Below are positions 40,616 to 52,827 of a stretch of 64,000 nt of DNA, piece after piece (the first letter of the stretch is position 1; every line of letters begins with the position of its first letter). Where the stretch lies: positions 96,001 to 160,000 of the forward strand of contig JBIKWN010000001.1 of NCBI GenBank assembly GCA_044356295.1, written 5' to 3'. The translations under genes and the position numbers were made by a program. The DNA comes from Bdellovibrionota bacterium (GTDB taxonomy: Bacteria > Bdellovibrionota_C > UBA2361 > JBIKWN01). The notes under the pieces were generated by a model. The model was given only the letters and a program-made list of their open reading frames with translations, was not told the DNA's origin and did no database searches.

Positions 40616-40663
40616 CCCATATATATTGTGGTAGTAGTCAGGTTAGAATACTAGATGTTGTGG
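40616..40663. promoter_or_regulatory. Tandem NrdR boxes
   Basis: CCCATATATATTGTGG (40616) and ATACTAGATGTTGTGG (40648), 32 bp apart, match acaCwAtATaTwGtgt. Confidence 0.8.
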
Positions 40664-40874
40664 TTTTGCTCTTAGGGTTGAATTTAATGTTAAACATCGC
40701 TGTCTTAAATATACAATTATTTCAGCAAGTTAACATCGATCTCCCCCAAATAACAGTGCACACTCATAAAAGTATAGTAACTTCAGCTAGTTAGCTTGTT
40801 GTAAATAAGCCAATTTTGTTGAAAGGCTTCGGTATTTTGTTTTTATAAAAAGTATTCAAGAGGGAAAAAGCTAG

Positions 40875-43800
40875 ATGGAAGGTAGTCAGCGTCAAGAAGG
40901 GTCAGCAGCGGTTGGGGTTAAGAACGGAGTAGTAGCAGGCAAAGCACTATCATCTTCAACAAAAGAGATAGATATAAGCAGAGCTGCTCAAAAGGCAGCT
41001 GATCATTTCACGGTTGTAAAAAGAAACGGAATGCTTGTTCCCTTTCGTAGAGACCGTATTTTTACTGCGGTTGAAGCTGCTGTAAGAGCAACAAGAAGTA
41101 TCATCGAGACGGACAGCCTTCCTCAACAGCTTTATAGTGCAGTTGGTGCAGTTACTAATGACGTTGTTGTTGAATGTCGAACACAGGCATTAAAAGGTGC
41201 AGCACTTACCGTTGAAGGAATTCAAGATATCGTTGAGCAAAAGCTTATGTCTAATGAGCTTTTTGATGTTGCAAGAAATTATGTCATCTACCGAGAAGAA
41301 CATAAGACATTACGAGAAGACTCTCCTCGCAATCTAAAAATCACACGTCGTGATGGAAAGACTGCCGTTCGATTTAATCCGATGAAAATAGCTTCTGCAA
41401 TTGAGAAAGCATTTAGAGCATCGCTCAATATAGAGGACCAAACTCCTGGTGAAATCGTTGATGCTGTAAATATTCTTACCAATAAAGTAGTGGTAAGAGC
41501 TACTCAACTTTCAAAAAGTGGGGCAACTCTTTCAGTCGAACTCATTCAAGATGAAGTTGAAAGAGTGATGATGCAGGAAGGGTATTTTCAAGTTGCAAAA
41601 GACTTTATTGTTTACCGAGCTGAAAGAGCACTCTTAAGAGAACAAGAAGAGCTTCTTGCAAAAGATGCACCAGCAGTTACTAAAAATGTAAAAGCTCCGG
41701 TTGATCAAGGAAGAACTTTTAAAGCAGTTGCAAAAGATGGTTCTTCTGTTTCCGTGGCAGAGTCAGAGCTTCGTGCAAGAATTGAATTTGCGTGTACTGG
41801 ATTTCCGACTTCATTAATTAATCCTGAAGAGATTTTTCAATCGTCAGTTGGAAATTTCTATGAAGGAATGAGGCTTGATGAAGTTGATACTTCCAATATT
41901 CTTTCTGCTCGTCAAAAGATTGAAAAGGATCCAGCGTATTCACAGGTTGCAGCACGTCTTCTCTTAGATGTGAGCTATGTTGAAAGTTTTGGGGTTCATG
42001 CTCATGCAAGTAATGCAGATGAGGCACAAAGAAAATATTTTAAAGAGTACATTTCAAAAGCTGTTGAGCTTGAAAGAATCTCACCAGAGCTAAAGAAGTT
42101 TGATCTTGATAAGCTAGCAAATGCCCTTCGTTTTGATAGAGATCTTAAGTTTACCTACCTAGGTCTTCAGACTCTTTATGACCGCTATTTGATTCATAAC
42201 CAAGATGTCAGAATGGAGACTCCTCAGATCTTCTGGATGCGTGTTGCAATGGGACTTTCTATCTTAGAAGGTGATAAGAAAAACGAAAAAGCAATCGAGT
42301 TCTATGATGTGCTTTCACAGTTCTTATTTACTTCAAGCACACCAACACTTTTCAATTCAGGAACGCTTCACTCCCAGATGAGTTCATGTTATCTCTCGAC
42401 AACATTGGATGACTTAGGACACATTTTTAAAGTTATCTCAGATGATGCACAGCTTTCAAAGTGGGCAGGTGGTTTAGGAAATGACTGGACAAGTGTTCGT
42501 GCAACAGGCGCTTGGATTAAAGGCACCAACGGCAGAAGCCAAGGTGTTATACCGTTTCTTAAAGTTGCAAATGATACTGCAGTTGCAGTGAACCAAGGTG
42601 GAAAAAGAAAAGGTGCAATGTGTGCTTACTTAGAATCATGGCACCTTGATATTGAAGATTTCCTTGAGCTTCGTAAAAACACCGGTGATGAAAGACGACG
42701 TACTCATGACATGAATACAGCAAACTGGATTCCTGATTTATTCATGAAGCGTGTTTCTGAAAATGGTTCTTGGACTCTTTTTAGCCCAAGTAATGTTCCA
42801 GAACTTCATGATCTTTACGGAAAAGAGTTCGAGAAAAAATATGAAGAGTATGAAGCTAAAGCAGAAGCTGGTGAAATTACTCCATACAAAAAAATTGAAG
42901 CAGTTTCGCTATGGAGAAAAATGCTTTCCATGTTGTTCGAAACAGGACATCCATGGATTACATTTAAAGATCCATCAAATATTCGCTCACCACAAGATCA
43001 TTGCGGAGTAGTGCATAGTTCAAACCTTTGTACTGAAATTCTTTTGAATACTTCAAAAGATGAGACTGCGGTTTGTAACCTAGGCTCTGTCAGTATGACT
43101 GAACACCTAGATCCAAAGACTGGTAAGATCAACAAAGCGCTCCTTGAAAAAACTGTTCGTACAGCAGTGAGGATGTTGGATAACGTTATTGATATTAACT
43201 TCTATCCAACGCAAGAAGCTGAGAACTCAAACTTAAAGCATCGCCCAATTGGTTTAGGACTTATGGGCTTCCAAGATGCGCTTTACATGAAACGTATTAG
43301 TTACGCTTCACAAGAGGCTATTGAGTTTGCTGATGAAAGTATGGAACTTATTTCATACTATGCGATCTTAGCATCAACAGAGCTTGCAAAAGAGCGTGGT
43401 ACGTATAAGAGCTATAAAGGCTCTAAGTGGGACAGAGGGCTGCTTCCAATTGATACAATTGAAGTGCTTGCAAAAGAGCGTGGTACAGAACATCTTGAAA
43501 TCGATGCTGCAACACGACTTGATTGGACACCTATTAGAAAGGCAGTCAAAGAATTTGGTATGAGAAACAGTAACGTTATGGCGATTGCGCCAACGGCAAC
43601 TATTTCAAACATTACTGGTGTTACTCAGTCGATTGAGCCGATGTATAAGCATTTATTTGCAAAATCGAATCTTTCAGGCGAGTTCATTGTTCATAATACG
43701 TACCTGGTTGAAGAGTTAAAGAAAATTAATCTTTGGGACTCAGAGATGATAGATGATCTTAAATACTTCGATGGATCCATTCTTGAAATTGAAAGAATTC

Positions 43801-44183
43801 CAGATGAATTAAAAGTTATTTATCTGACTGCATTTGAAATCGAGCCTGAGTGGATTATTGAGTGTGCTGCACGTCGCCAAAAATGGATTGACATGGGCCA
43901 ATCACTAAACCTTTATATGGCTGAACCAAGTGGTAAGAAACTCCATGATATGTACATGTTTGCATGGAAGTCTGGACTTAAGACTACGTACTACTTGAGA
44001 AGCTTAGGGGCGACTCAAATTGAAAAATCTACAACTGATGTGAACAAAAGAGGTCTTCAACCTCGTTGGATGAAGAATAAATCTGCATCTTCAAACATTA
44101 AAGTTGATAGAGATCCTGCAAAGGGGAACCTTGAAGTTCCAAAAGTGTGTGGTCTTGATGGTGATTGTGAGAGTTGTCAGTAA
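40875..44183 (+). CDS. nrdA: Ribonucleoside-diphosphate reductase alpha subunit with three ATP cones
   Basis: [19 protein letters not shown]-terminal CESCQ; three cone starts (VVKRNG, ITRRDG, VAKDG). Confidence 0.97.
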   Translation: MEGSQRQEGSAAVGVKNGVVAGKALSSSTKEIDISRAAQKAADHFTVVKRNGMLVPFRRDRIFTAVEAAVRATRSIIETDSLPQQLYSAVGAVTNDVVVECRTQALKGAALTVEGIQDIVEQKLMSNELFDVARNYVIYREEHKTLREDSPRNLKITRRDGKTAVRFNPMKIASAIEKAFRASLNIEDQTPGEIVDAVNILTNKVVVRATQLSKSGATLSVELIQDEVERVMMQEGYFQVAKDFIVYRAERALLREQEELLAKDAPAVTKNVKAPVDQGRTFKAVAKDGSSVSVAESELRARIEFACTGFPTSLINPEEIFQSSVGNFYEGMRLDEVDTSNILSARQKIEKDPAYSQVAARLLLDVSYVESFGVHAHASNADEAQRKYFKEYISKAVELERISPELKKFDLDKLANALRFDRDLKFTYLGLQTLYDRYLIHNQDVRMETPQIFWMRVAMGLSILEGDKKNEKAIEFYDVLSQFLFTSSTPTLFNSGTLHSQMSSCYLSTTLDDLGHIFKVISDDAQLSKWAGGLGNDWTSVRATGAWIKGTNGRSQGVIPFLKVANDTAVAVNQGGKRKGAMCAYLESWHLDIEDFLELRKNTGDERRRTHDMNTANWIPDLFMKRVSENGSWTLFSPSNVPELHDLYGKEFEKKYEEYEAKAEAGEITPYKKIEAVSLWRKMLSMLFETGHPWITFKDPSNIRSPQDHCGVVHSSNLCTEILLNTSKDETAVCNLGSVSMTEHLDPKTGKINKALLEKTVRTAVRMLDNVIDINFYPTQEAENSNLKHRPIGLGLMGFQDALYMKRISYASQEAIEFADESMELISYYAILASTELAKERGTYKSYKGSKWDRGLLPIDTIEVLAKERGTEHLEIDAATRLDWTPIRKAVKEFGMRNSNVMAIAPTATISNITGVTQSIEPMYKHLFAKSNLSGEFIVHNTYLVEELKKINLWDSEMIDDLKYFDGSILEIERIPDELKVIYLTAFEIEPEWIIECAARRQKWIDMGQSLNLYMAEPSGKKLHDMYMFAWKSGLKTTYYLRSLGATQIEKSTTDVNKRGLQPRWMKNKSASSNIKVDRDPAKGNLEVPKVCGLDGDCESCQ

Positions 44184-44220
44184 AAAATTAATTAGTAATA
44201 AAGTAATATAAGGAGAAGTT

Positions 44221-45291
44221 ATGCTTACATTTGGTGATGATGATACAGAAGGAAAGAAAAAATCTGCCGCTGAAGGGCAAGGTCGCTTTGCGGCAAGTCA
44301 GAAGCGACTTATTAACAATAGCGTTGTTGATGTTAATCAATTAATGCCACTGAAATTTAAATGGGCATGGGAGCACTACTTAAACGGTTGTAACAACAAC
44401 TGGCTTCCAACAGAAGTTCCAATGGCAAAAGATATTGAACTGTGGAAGTCTGACAAGTTAAGTGACGATGAGCGCAGAGTTATCATGAGAAACTTAGGTT
44501 TCTTTAGTACAGCAGAGAGCCTTGTTGGAAACAATATTGTTCTTGCAGTATTTAAACACATCACAAACCCAGAGTGTCGTCAGTATTTGCTTCGTCAAGC
44601 ATTTGAAGAAGCCGTTCATACACATACATTCCATTACATAGTTGAGTCTCTCTCACTTGATCAAAGTGAAGTATTTAATATGTATAATGAAGTAAATACG
44701 ATCAATGACAAAGATAAGTTCGAAATGGAGCTTACTGCTGCGTTATGTGATCCAAACTTTACGACCTCAACCCCTGAGGGTGCGCAGAAATTCCTAGAAA
44801 ACCTAATCGGTTTTTACGTTATCATGGAAGGAATATTTTTCTACTCTGGATTTGTAATGATGCTTTCCTTTATGCGCCAAAACAAAATGACGGGAGTAGC
44901 AGAGCAGTTCCAATATATTTTAAGAGACGAAACTATCCACTTAAATTTCGGAATTGATCTTGTTAACAGCTTGAAAGAAGAAAATCCTGGACTTTGGACA
45001 GCTGAGTTCCAAGAACAGATGACTGAAAAAATAAAAACTGCTGTAGAGCTTGAAGTTAAGTATGCAGAGGATTGTTTACCGCGTGGAATTTTAGGATTAA
45101 GTGCTCCAATGTTCCGCGAGTATGTACAGCATATTGCTGACAGACGTCTCGAAAGAATTGGATTGAAACCTCAGTATGGTTCAAAAAATCCATTCCCATG
45201 GATGAGTGAAACAATTGACCTTGGTAAAGAGAAGAACTTCTTTGAAACACGGGTTACCGAGTATCAAACTGCTGGAGCGCTTCAGTGGTAA
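44221..45291 (+). CDS. nrdB: Ribonucleotide reductase beta subunit, class Ic (R2c, Mn/Fe)
   Basis: FFSTAESLV (Glu as first ligand), EEAVHTHTF (Phe at the radical-Tyr position), MEGIFFY, RDETIH. Confidence 0.93.
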   Translation: MLTFGDDDTEGKKKSAAEGQGRFAASQKRLINNSVVDVNQLMPLKFKWAWEHYLNGCNNNWLPTEVPMAKDIELWKSDKLSDDERRVIMRNLGFFSTAESLVGNNIVLAVFKHITNPECRQYLLRQAFEEAVHTHTFHYIVESLSLDQSEVFNMYNEVNTINDKDKFEMELTAALCDPNFTTSTPEGAQKFLENLIGFYVIMEGIFFYSGFVMMLSFMRQNKMTGVAEQFQYILRDETIHLNFGIDLVNSLKEENPGLWTAEFQEQMTEKIKTAVELEVKYAEDCLPRGILGLSAPMFREYVQHIADRRLERIGLKPQYGSKNPFPWMSETIDLGKEKNFFETRVTEYQTAGALQW

Positions 45292-45317
45292 AAAGCTAGG
45301 GGATTACTATATGAACC

Positions 45318-45350
45318 TAAAAGGGCGGGGTAATTCCCGCCCTTTTTTTA
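45318..45350 (+). terminator. Intrinsic terminator of nrdAB
   Basis: AAAAGGGCGGG-gtaatt-CCCGCCCTTTTTT. Confidence 0.9.
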
Positions 45351-45555
45351 TTTAGAGCAGTGTAGCAATGGAAGATTTGGTGGGGACTTAGGATTTATTA
45401 CGGATAGATTTTTATTGTTAGTCTTCTTCTCTATTAGATTAGATTGTGAGAAGCAAAAATTGTTTTATCTGTGGTTATTGTTATTAATCACAGATGTTGG
45501 TTAAGGATTTGGATTTGGGTAACATGGACACTTATATGTTATACCTAAAAATCTC

Positions 45556-45870
45556 ATGGCAGCTTTATTATCAATTACATGGATGTTTAGTGTCTTCGCT
45601 GTAGCGCTTTTTAGCTATCGGTATTTACGAGCTTATAAGAAGTCATGGGCCACAATGAAGAATCTCAAATGGTCCGAGGAACTTCGCTATGATGGACCTG
45701 GTAGTGAGGTTAGTATTACTGAAGACAAATTTGAGCTTGCAAATGAAAAGCCGCTTTATTCACCCAAGAGTGCCAAGCTGCTTTGGGACGCAATCGAAAC
45801 AGCTTTAGGCATTTTTTGGTTTGCATTGGCGTTAGGTGGTGCAGCTGGAATCGCATATTTGGGTAAATAA
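45556..45870 (+). CDS. Cassette 1: small two-TM membrane protein
   Basis: 104 aa, hydrophobic termini, between GTTATAC and attC. Confidence 0.7.
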   Translation: MAALLSITWMFSVFAVALFSYRYLRAYKKSWATMKNLKWSEELRYDGPGSEVSITEDKFELANEKPLYSPKSAKLLWDAIETALGIFWFALALGGAAGIAYLGK

Positions 45871-45889
45871 AATCCTAATATGTGGGTGG

Positions 45890-45985
45890 GTATAACAATA
45901 GAATCCACGAGAATTATAAGCCGCTAAATTCATAGATGATTAACAATTCATCATGGCTTATAATCTCGTGATTCAAACATTATAT
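45890..45985 (+). repeat. attC site 1 (96 bp)
   Basis: R'' GTATAAC; arms GAATC(C)ACGAGA(A)TTATAAGCC / GGCTTATAATCTCGTGATTC with two extrahelical bases; AAAC; R' ATTATAT (G lost). Confidence 0.9.
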
Positions 45986-46040
45986 GCTTAGGACGAAGCG
46001 TTACGTAATTAAGCTTAAATATTTGTATTAGGAAAAAGTA

Positions 46041-46598
46041 ATGCAAGATAAATCAACAGAACTGAAACCTGCCGTAAATGAGTTTGCTACTAATGCACCA
46101 CAATTAAACAACGGAAGTGCTTCGCAGAAAGATATCGCTTCAAGCGCGTTGCCAATATTGGATAGAGTGCTTCTCGAACTTCCACGGGTAACTCAGTTAG
46201 AATGGACTCAAGATTTGTGGATGCACCGATCTTCTGAAGAAGACGATTTAATGGAAGATCTACAGCAAGCTGAGCGAGTTTTTGTTCTTCAAGGAGTCGC
46301 AGCTGATTTAACCGCAATCACACTAGGTCGACCGCGTTTGAGAGAGATTTTTAAATCTAAGTTACCACCTGATACAAGTAAGGTTCCGGATTTTGCCCAA
46401 AGATTTTTTGCTGATGCTAACGAATATTTGATGCCTTCCCAAGCCGGGGACATAGAACCTGCCGTAGCTAAAATGCGAGTTAAATACACTAAGAAACAAT
46501 TGATCGATGCTATCGATACTGTAAAAGACAATTTGATCTCCGAGGAACAGCAGGTTTTGGATCTTATGGTTGTAATGTTGTCATCTGGTAATAGATAA
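46041..46598 (+). CDS. Cassette 2: hypothetical protein
   Basis: 185 aa; stop codon inside R'' (AGATAAC) of the next attC. Confidence 0.7.
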   Translation: MQDKSTELKPAVNEFATNAPQLNNGSASQKDIASSALPILDRVLLELPRVTQLEWTQDLWMHRSSEEDDLMEDLQQAERVFVLQGVAADLTAITLGRPRLREIFKSKLPPDTSKVPDFAQRFFADANEYLMPSQAGDIEPAVAKMRVKYTKKQLIDAIDTVKDNLISEEQQVLDLMVVMLSSGNR

Positions 46599-46682
46599 CA
46601 GAGCGATCGAGAAGATTTTGCAGTATTAATTCAATCTGATAGAGGCAATGAATACTGCGCACACATCAGGCAAACGTTATGT
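46593..46682 (+). repeat. attC site 2 (90 bp, degenerate L box)
   Basis: AGATAAC ... GCAGTATT/AATACTGC inner stem ... AAAC GTTATGT. Confidence 0.7.
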
Positions 46683-46693
46683 CTCAAATTCAT

Positions 46694-47179
46694 CTAGAAG
46701 CCTATTTTTCTCTTAGGCGGAACTTCTGAATCGCCCATTAATCTTCTTATTGCCTCAAACACTCCTCGGAATTGCGCGTCATATTTCTGCTCAAGAGTGT
46801 TTAACCGTTGTAGTAATCCTGGATGGGACGCAATCAATTGCCGTAATTTTACGAAAGCTCTTACGATGTGAATATTAATGTCTACGGCTCGTTCGCTACG
46901 TAATACACTTGATAACATAGCGACACCATGTTCGGTGAAGACATATGGTGCAGTGCGGCGACCTCCACGACCCTTTGAGGTCACAATTTGTGACCTCAAA
47001 GCCGTAAACTCTTGAAATGACAACTGAAACATAAAGTCCTCAGGGAAACGATTTCTGTTTCTTTGGACAGCTTGTATTAATGCCTTTGTTTCTACTTGAT
47101 AAAGATTGGCAAGATCCTGATCAAGCATGACTCGCTCCCCTCTAATCAAGTATATTAGGTTTTCGATTTGATTGTTCAT
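46694..47179 (-). CDS. Cassette 3 (inverted): ORF6N-domain DNA-binding protein
   Basis: [47 protein letters not shown]-terminal KIGF. Confidence 0.9.
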   Translation of the reverse strand: MNNQIENLIYLIRGERVMLDQDLANLYQVETKALIQAVQRNRNRFPEDFMFQLSFQEFTALRSQIVTSKGRGGRRTAPYVFTEHGVAMLSSVLRSERAVDINIHIVRAFVKLRQLIASHPGLLQRLNTLEQKYDAQFRGVFEAIRRLMGDSEVPPKRKIGF

Positions 47180-47232
47180 TTATATTTCTCCATAGGATTG
47201 TATCGGAGAAATAAACGAGAAGTTTCCCAGAG

Positions 47233-47289
47233 ACATAACAATTAAATCCAGCGGAGCAGTAATCTGCGCGCTGATTTGAAACTTTAAGC
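47233..47289 (+). repeat. attC site 3 (57 bp)
   Basis: ACATAAC aat TAAATC(C)AGCGG(A)GCAG taat CTGCGCGCTGATTTG AAAC TTTAAGC (R' G lost). Confidence 0.85.
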
Positions 47290-47293
47290 ATCA

Positions 47294-47890
47294 ATGATTA
47301 TGAAAGATGATTTGTGGCTAGAACCATGGATGGCGCTACTTAAGGAACGTGCGCTTAGTGGAAGTATTTTGGAACTCGGATGCGATACCGGGAGAGATAC
47401 TCAAATTCTTGTAAACCAAGATTTCCAAGTTATAGCAACTGAAATTTCTGAATCTGCACTAGCTAAGGCAAAAATTTCAGTTCCTGAAGCTACTTTTATC
47501 CATCACGATTTAAAAGATGCATTCCCGTTTAAAGATGGTGAGTTTAATGCAGTCATAGCAAGCCTCTCGCTTCACTATTTTGAGTGGCAAAAAACCAAAG
47601 AGATAGTCTCGGAAATTAGGAGATGTCTCGCAGACAATGGAATTCTTATTTGTCGGCTTAACTCAGTAAAAGACAAAAATCATGGGTCTGCTGGATTCGA
47701 AGAAATTCAGCCAAACTACTATAAGGCTAATGGTAGATACAGCGAGTTAAAGCGATTTTTCGATGAACAATCAATAAATGAACTTTTCAAAAATGGATGG
47801 AAATTTTATTCATGTGAAGAGATGACGATTGATCGATACGAAAGACCTAAAGTGGTTTGGGAGCTGATACTACTAAAGAAAAATGCATAA
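47294..47890 (+). CDS. Cassette 4: class I SAM-dependent methyltransferase
   Basis: ILELGCDTGRD motif I, ASLSLHYF; stop codon inside GCATAAC (R''). Confidence 0.85.
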   Translation: MIMKDDLWLEPWMALLKERALSGSILELGCDTGRDTQILVNQDFQVIATEISESALAKAKISVPEATFIHHDLKDAFPFKDGEFNAVIASLSLHYFEWQKTKEIVSEIRRCLADNGILICRLNSVKDKNHGSAGFEEIQPNYYKANGRYSELKRFFDEQSINELFKNGWKFYSCEEMTIDRYERPKVVWELILLKKNA

Positions 47891-47928
47891 CAAATTGAGT
47901 TACAATCTGGTGCATAAAAAGGTTAGTC

Positions 47929-47958
47929 AGCAAAAGGAAGAATCTTTTTCCTTTTGCT
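47929..47958. terminator. Hairpin, possible terminator after the cassette array
   Basis: AGCAAAAGGAA-gaatcttt-TTCCTTTTGCT. Confidence 0.5.
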
Positions 47959-48134
47959 ATTGTTACCTGACTGAGCTCCCAATTGTTTTGAAGATTGTCG
48001 TCTCTTTGCAATCAAGGCCAGAAGCATGTTTTCAAAGAATTTAATGAGGCATATCGGGGCTAATTTATTTTTGGACTAGCAACCTAATCCAAATTAAACT
48101 CACCAATGAAAAGAACTTTCACAAATAAACTCAA

Positions 48135-49235
48135 ATGCTTGATCCAATCAAACCAACTAATCCAACCCAAGCCGAGATAAAGGATCTCTACACCCGATCA
48201 CCTGCTGATAGTTTCGGATTCGATCTGCATCAAAGAAGAATAGAGGCAATTCCTGCTCTTTTGGAATCTTATCTTCAGAAGGAGATGCCGAAGATTAATC
48301 TTCAGCCAGGTCGTGTAGATTGTACCGGTATTGGATCATCAGAAGCCCATGCCAGATATCTTGCTGGACTTTTGAATCGCATTAAAGGATTTTATGCTCA
48401 ATTTCGTCCGCTCGATCTCGATTTCACTCGCACAAAGTGGAGTGAACAAGTAGCCGTTTTCAGTCAAGGATTAAGCAGTAATACACACGCTGCAGTTAAA
48501 CATGCCATAAACCAAAAAAGCGGCGTTGTAGTTACTGCGGCCTCACTTGATGACGAGACACTTAACTCGACTCGGCGCACACAACTTGAAAAATGCAACA
48601 AAGCTGGAGTTTCGATTGTTGAGATTCCGCTTCGAAGCGAGTATGAAGTGTTGATGCGAACCATAGGACCATGGTTCGGATATCTCGCCGCATATCGCAT
48701 CGCTAATCAAATAGATCCTTCTCATTTTCCTGATATCGATGCAGATAGTCTTTTAAATATGTTTAGTTCAGCTCAGAACAAGGCGGTAAGTCTAGTAAAT
48801 CAAGGATTACAAAGGGATCAACTGGAACGTGGAATGGTTACGCTGCTTAACACCGATGTGTCCAGATGGACGCTGGAAAATATGCGGATGAAGCTTTATG
48901 AAGGTCTTTTCATTGCGAAACCAGCAGAGGATAGCCTTATCTCTTTCGGACATGGACCTGTACAAGTTATCAGCCGAAGACCAGGAACGGTGATTGCTTT
49001 TCATACCGATGAAGAGACGGAGGTTGCGAATTTAAAGCCTGTTCGAGAAGCAGTGGAAAAAAGTGTTGGCGCGAAAATGTTTGAAATCGCTTCTCCGTTA
49101 GGGGATCTAGCGATTCTTGAATGGGAGCAAGTAATGAATTGGGTGGTTTTGTCTGGAATGAGAGAGGGCAATTCTAAATGTGATCAAGTGAATTTTGCAG
49201 AAATTTCAACTTACCATATTGTGACGGAGTATTGA
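48135..49235 (+). CDS. SIS (sugar isomerase)-fold protein, GlmS C-terminal-like
   Basis: TGIGSS, VFSQG, KLYEG, FGHGP motifs. Confidence 0.6.
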   Translation: MLDPIKPTNPTQAEIKDLYTRSPADSFGFDLHQRRIEAIPALLESYLQKEMPKINLQPGRVDCTGIGSSEAHARYLAGLLNRIKGFYAQFRPLDLDFTRTKWSEQVAVFSQGLSSNTHAAVKHAINQKSGVVVTAASLDDETLNSTRRTQLEKCNKAGVSIVEIPLRSEYEVLMRTIGPWFGYLAAYRIANQIDPSHFPDIDADSLLNMFSSAQNKAVSLVNQGLQRDQLERGMVTLLNTDVSRWTLENMRMKLYEGLFIAKPAEDSLISFGHGPVQVISRRPGTVIAFHTDEETEVANLKPVREAVEKSVGAKMFEIASPLGDLAILEWEQVMNWVVLSGMREGNSKCDQVNFAEISTYHIVTEY

Positions 49236-49360
49236 TTTCACTGTTGATCTTGAGCTGTCAAAAGATCCAAAAAATTTCAGGTCTTAATCTATGCCCCATC
49301 TGTCGAGTTAAGCTATGGTTGTTCTATCTGTGATCTATTTCGATCCCGGGGCAATCGTTA

Positions 49361-49882
49361 TCACCAATACTCTGAACGATCAAACTCTTCAGGAATCGTT
49401 TTTACTGTCATTCTTTTACCTGATTCGTTGAATCCGTAGTACGTGCGACCATCAAGAGTAATGCTTTGAAATCCTTCTTCATGAGGATAGCTTCCATCAT
49501 CTTCAATTAGGAACATAGTTGAGTCTTTCTTACCGATAAAATGCTGTAAGTTTCGGTCGTAATATATTTCAGAATATCTATCAGGTGACGCAACAAAGTG
49601 ACCATCTTGCTTTGATCCATTCCAAGTAAGAACAGAGAGAAGTCCGTCACGTTGACCTAACTGTAGAAAGTGTTGCGGATTTCGAGGGGATTCGATTCTT
49701 CCAAAGTTTTCATATTCAGCACTGACACCTCTGCCTTTAAGCATCAGTGTGATGAGATTGCCATTCCTTTCGGATTGATAACCAGTAATGGTTTGGGAAA
49801 AAACAGGTTTAACAATATTAAGGTCTTGTCCAGTTGGAGGTTGTTCCGGATTCGTTGCGTTTTGATTTATCGAGATGACCAT
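49361..49882 (-). CDS. Hypothetical protein
   Basis: 173 aa ORF with no recognised motif. Confidence 0.6.
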   Translation of the reverse strand: MVISINQNATNPEQPPTGQDLNIVKPVFSQTITGYQSERNGNLITLMLKGRGVSAEYENFGRIESPRNPQHFLQLGQRDGLLSVLTWNGSKQDGHFVASPDRYSEIYYDRNLQHFIGKKDSTMFLIEDDGSYPHEEGFQSITLDGRTYYGFNESGKRMTVKTIPEEFDRSEYW

Positions 49883-50119
49883 CGGCGTTGATACTACTTT
49901 TAAAGGGGTTTTCTACCAAAACATTTTTCAACCTGCGAAGATCTTTTTTACCTTAAGCACTAGTTCTTTCATAAAGTAATATATATTTAGAAAATCTATG
50001 AAACCTATCGAAAATAGATGAATCTTTTGGAAGATGGACGAGATACTAAGCTGTTAATTTTAAGCTTTTAAAAGAATGTAGTTTCTCAGAAAAAAAACTT
50101 TAAAAGTTATCTTTAAAAT

Positions 50120-50554
50120 CTAACCAGTAGCAGAGCAGCTCTTGCAAACTCCTCTTACAACAATTTCAATTTCTCTAGCATACTTGCGCCACTTAAGTGG
50201 AAGAGCCGCAGTTGAGACAGAACTTTGTGGTAATTTAAAATCATGAATATCATGAACCTTCCTGCAATCATCACAGACAAAGTGAAGGTGAGTGTCGTGG
50301 ATGTATTCATATAGCGACATGTCTGAGGCGATGTTTAATTCACGAACCAACCGCGCTTTAACAAGTGATTTCAAAATATTATAGACAGAGGCCCTAGAAA
50401 CTGTTCCAAATTCTTTACCAAGTGCTTTCTGTATATCTTCTACTGATAAGTGTGTGCGATTCGACGATAGAGCTTTTAAAACCATCAATCGTTGGGGTGT
50501 TACTCTTAAATTACAATCTTTCAATTGATGTATATGATCTGCTTGCATGCTCAC
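50120..50554 (-). CDS. Fur-family regulator, PerR/FurA-like
   Basis: RVTPQR, HLSVE, SRASVYN, HLHFVCDDC, CKSC; divergent from katG. Confidence 0.9.
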   Translation of the reverse strand: MSMQADHIHQLKDCNLRVTPQRLMVLKALSSNRTHLSVEDIQKALGKEFGTVSRASVYNILKSLVKARLVRELNIASDMSLYEYIHDTHLHFVCDDCRKVHDIHDFKLPQSSVSTAALPLKWRKYAREIEIVVRGVCKSCSATG

Positions 50555-50561
50555 TTAAAAT

Positions 50562-52823
<2,262 letters not shown>

Positions 52824-52827
52824 TCTT

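Larger units (their letters stand above)
45538..47891 (+). mobile_element. Integron gene-cassette array lacking an integrase (CALIN), four cassettes
   Basis: Three complete attC-like sites plus one R'' remnant; R'/R'' complementarity across cassettes (GTTATAC/GTATAAC, GTTATGT/ACATAAC). Confidence 0.85.
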
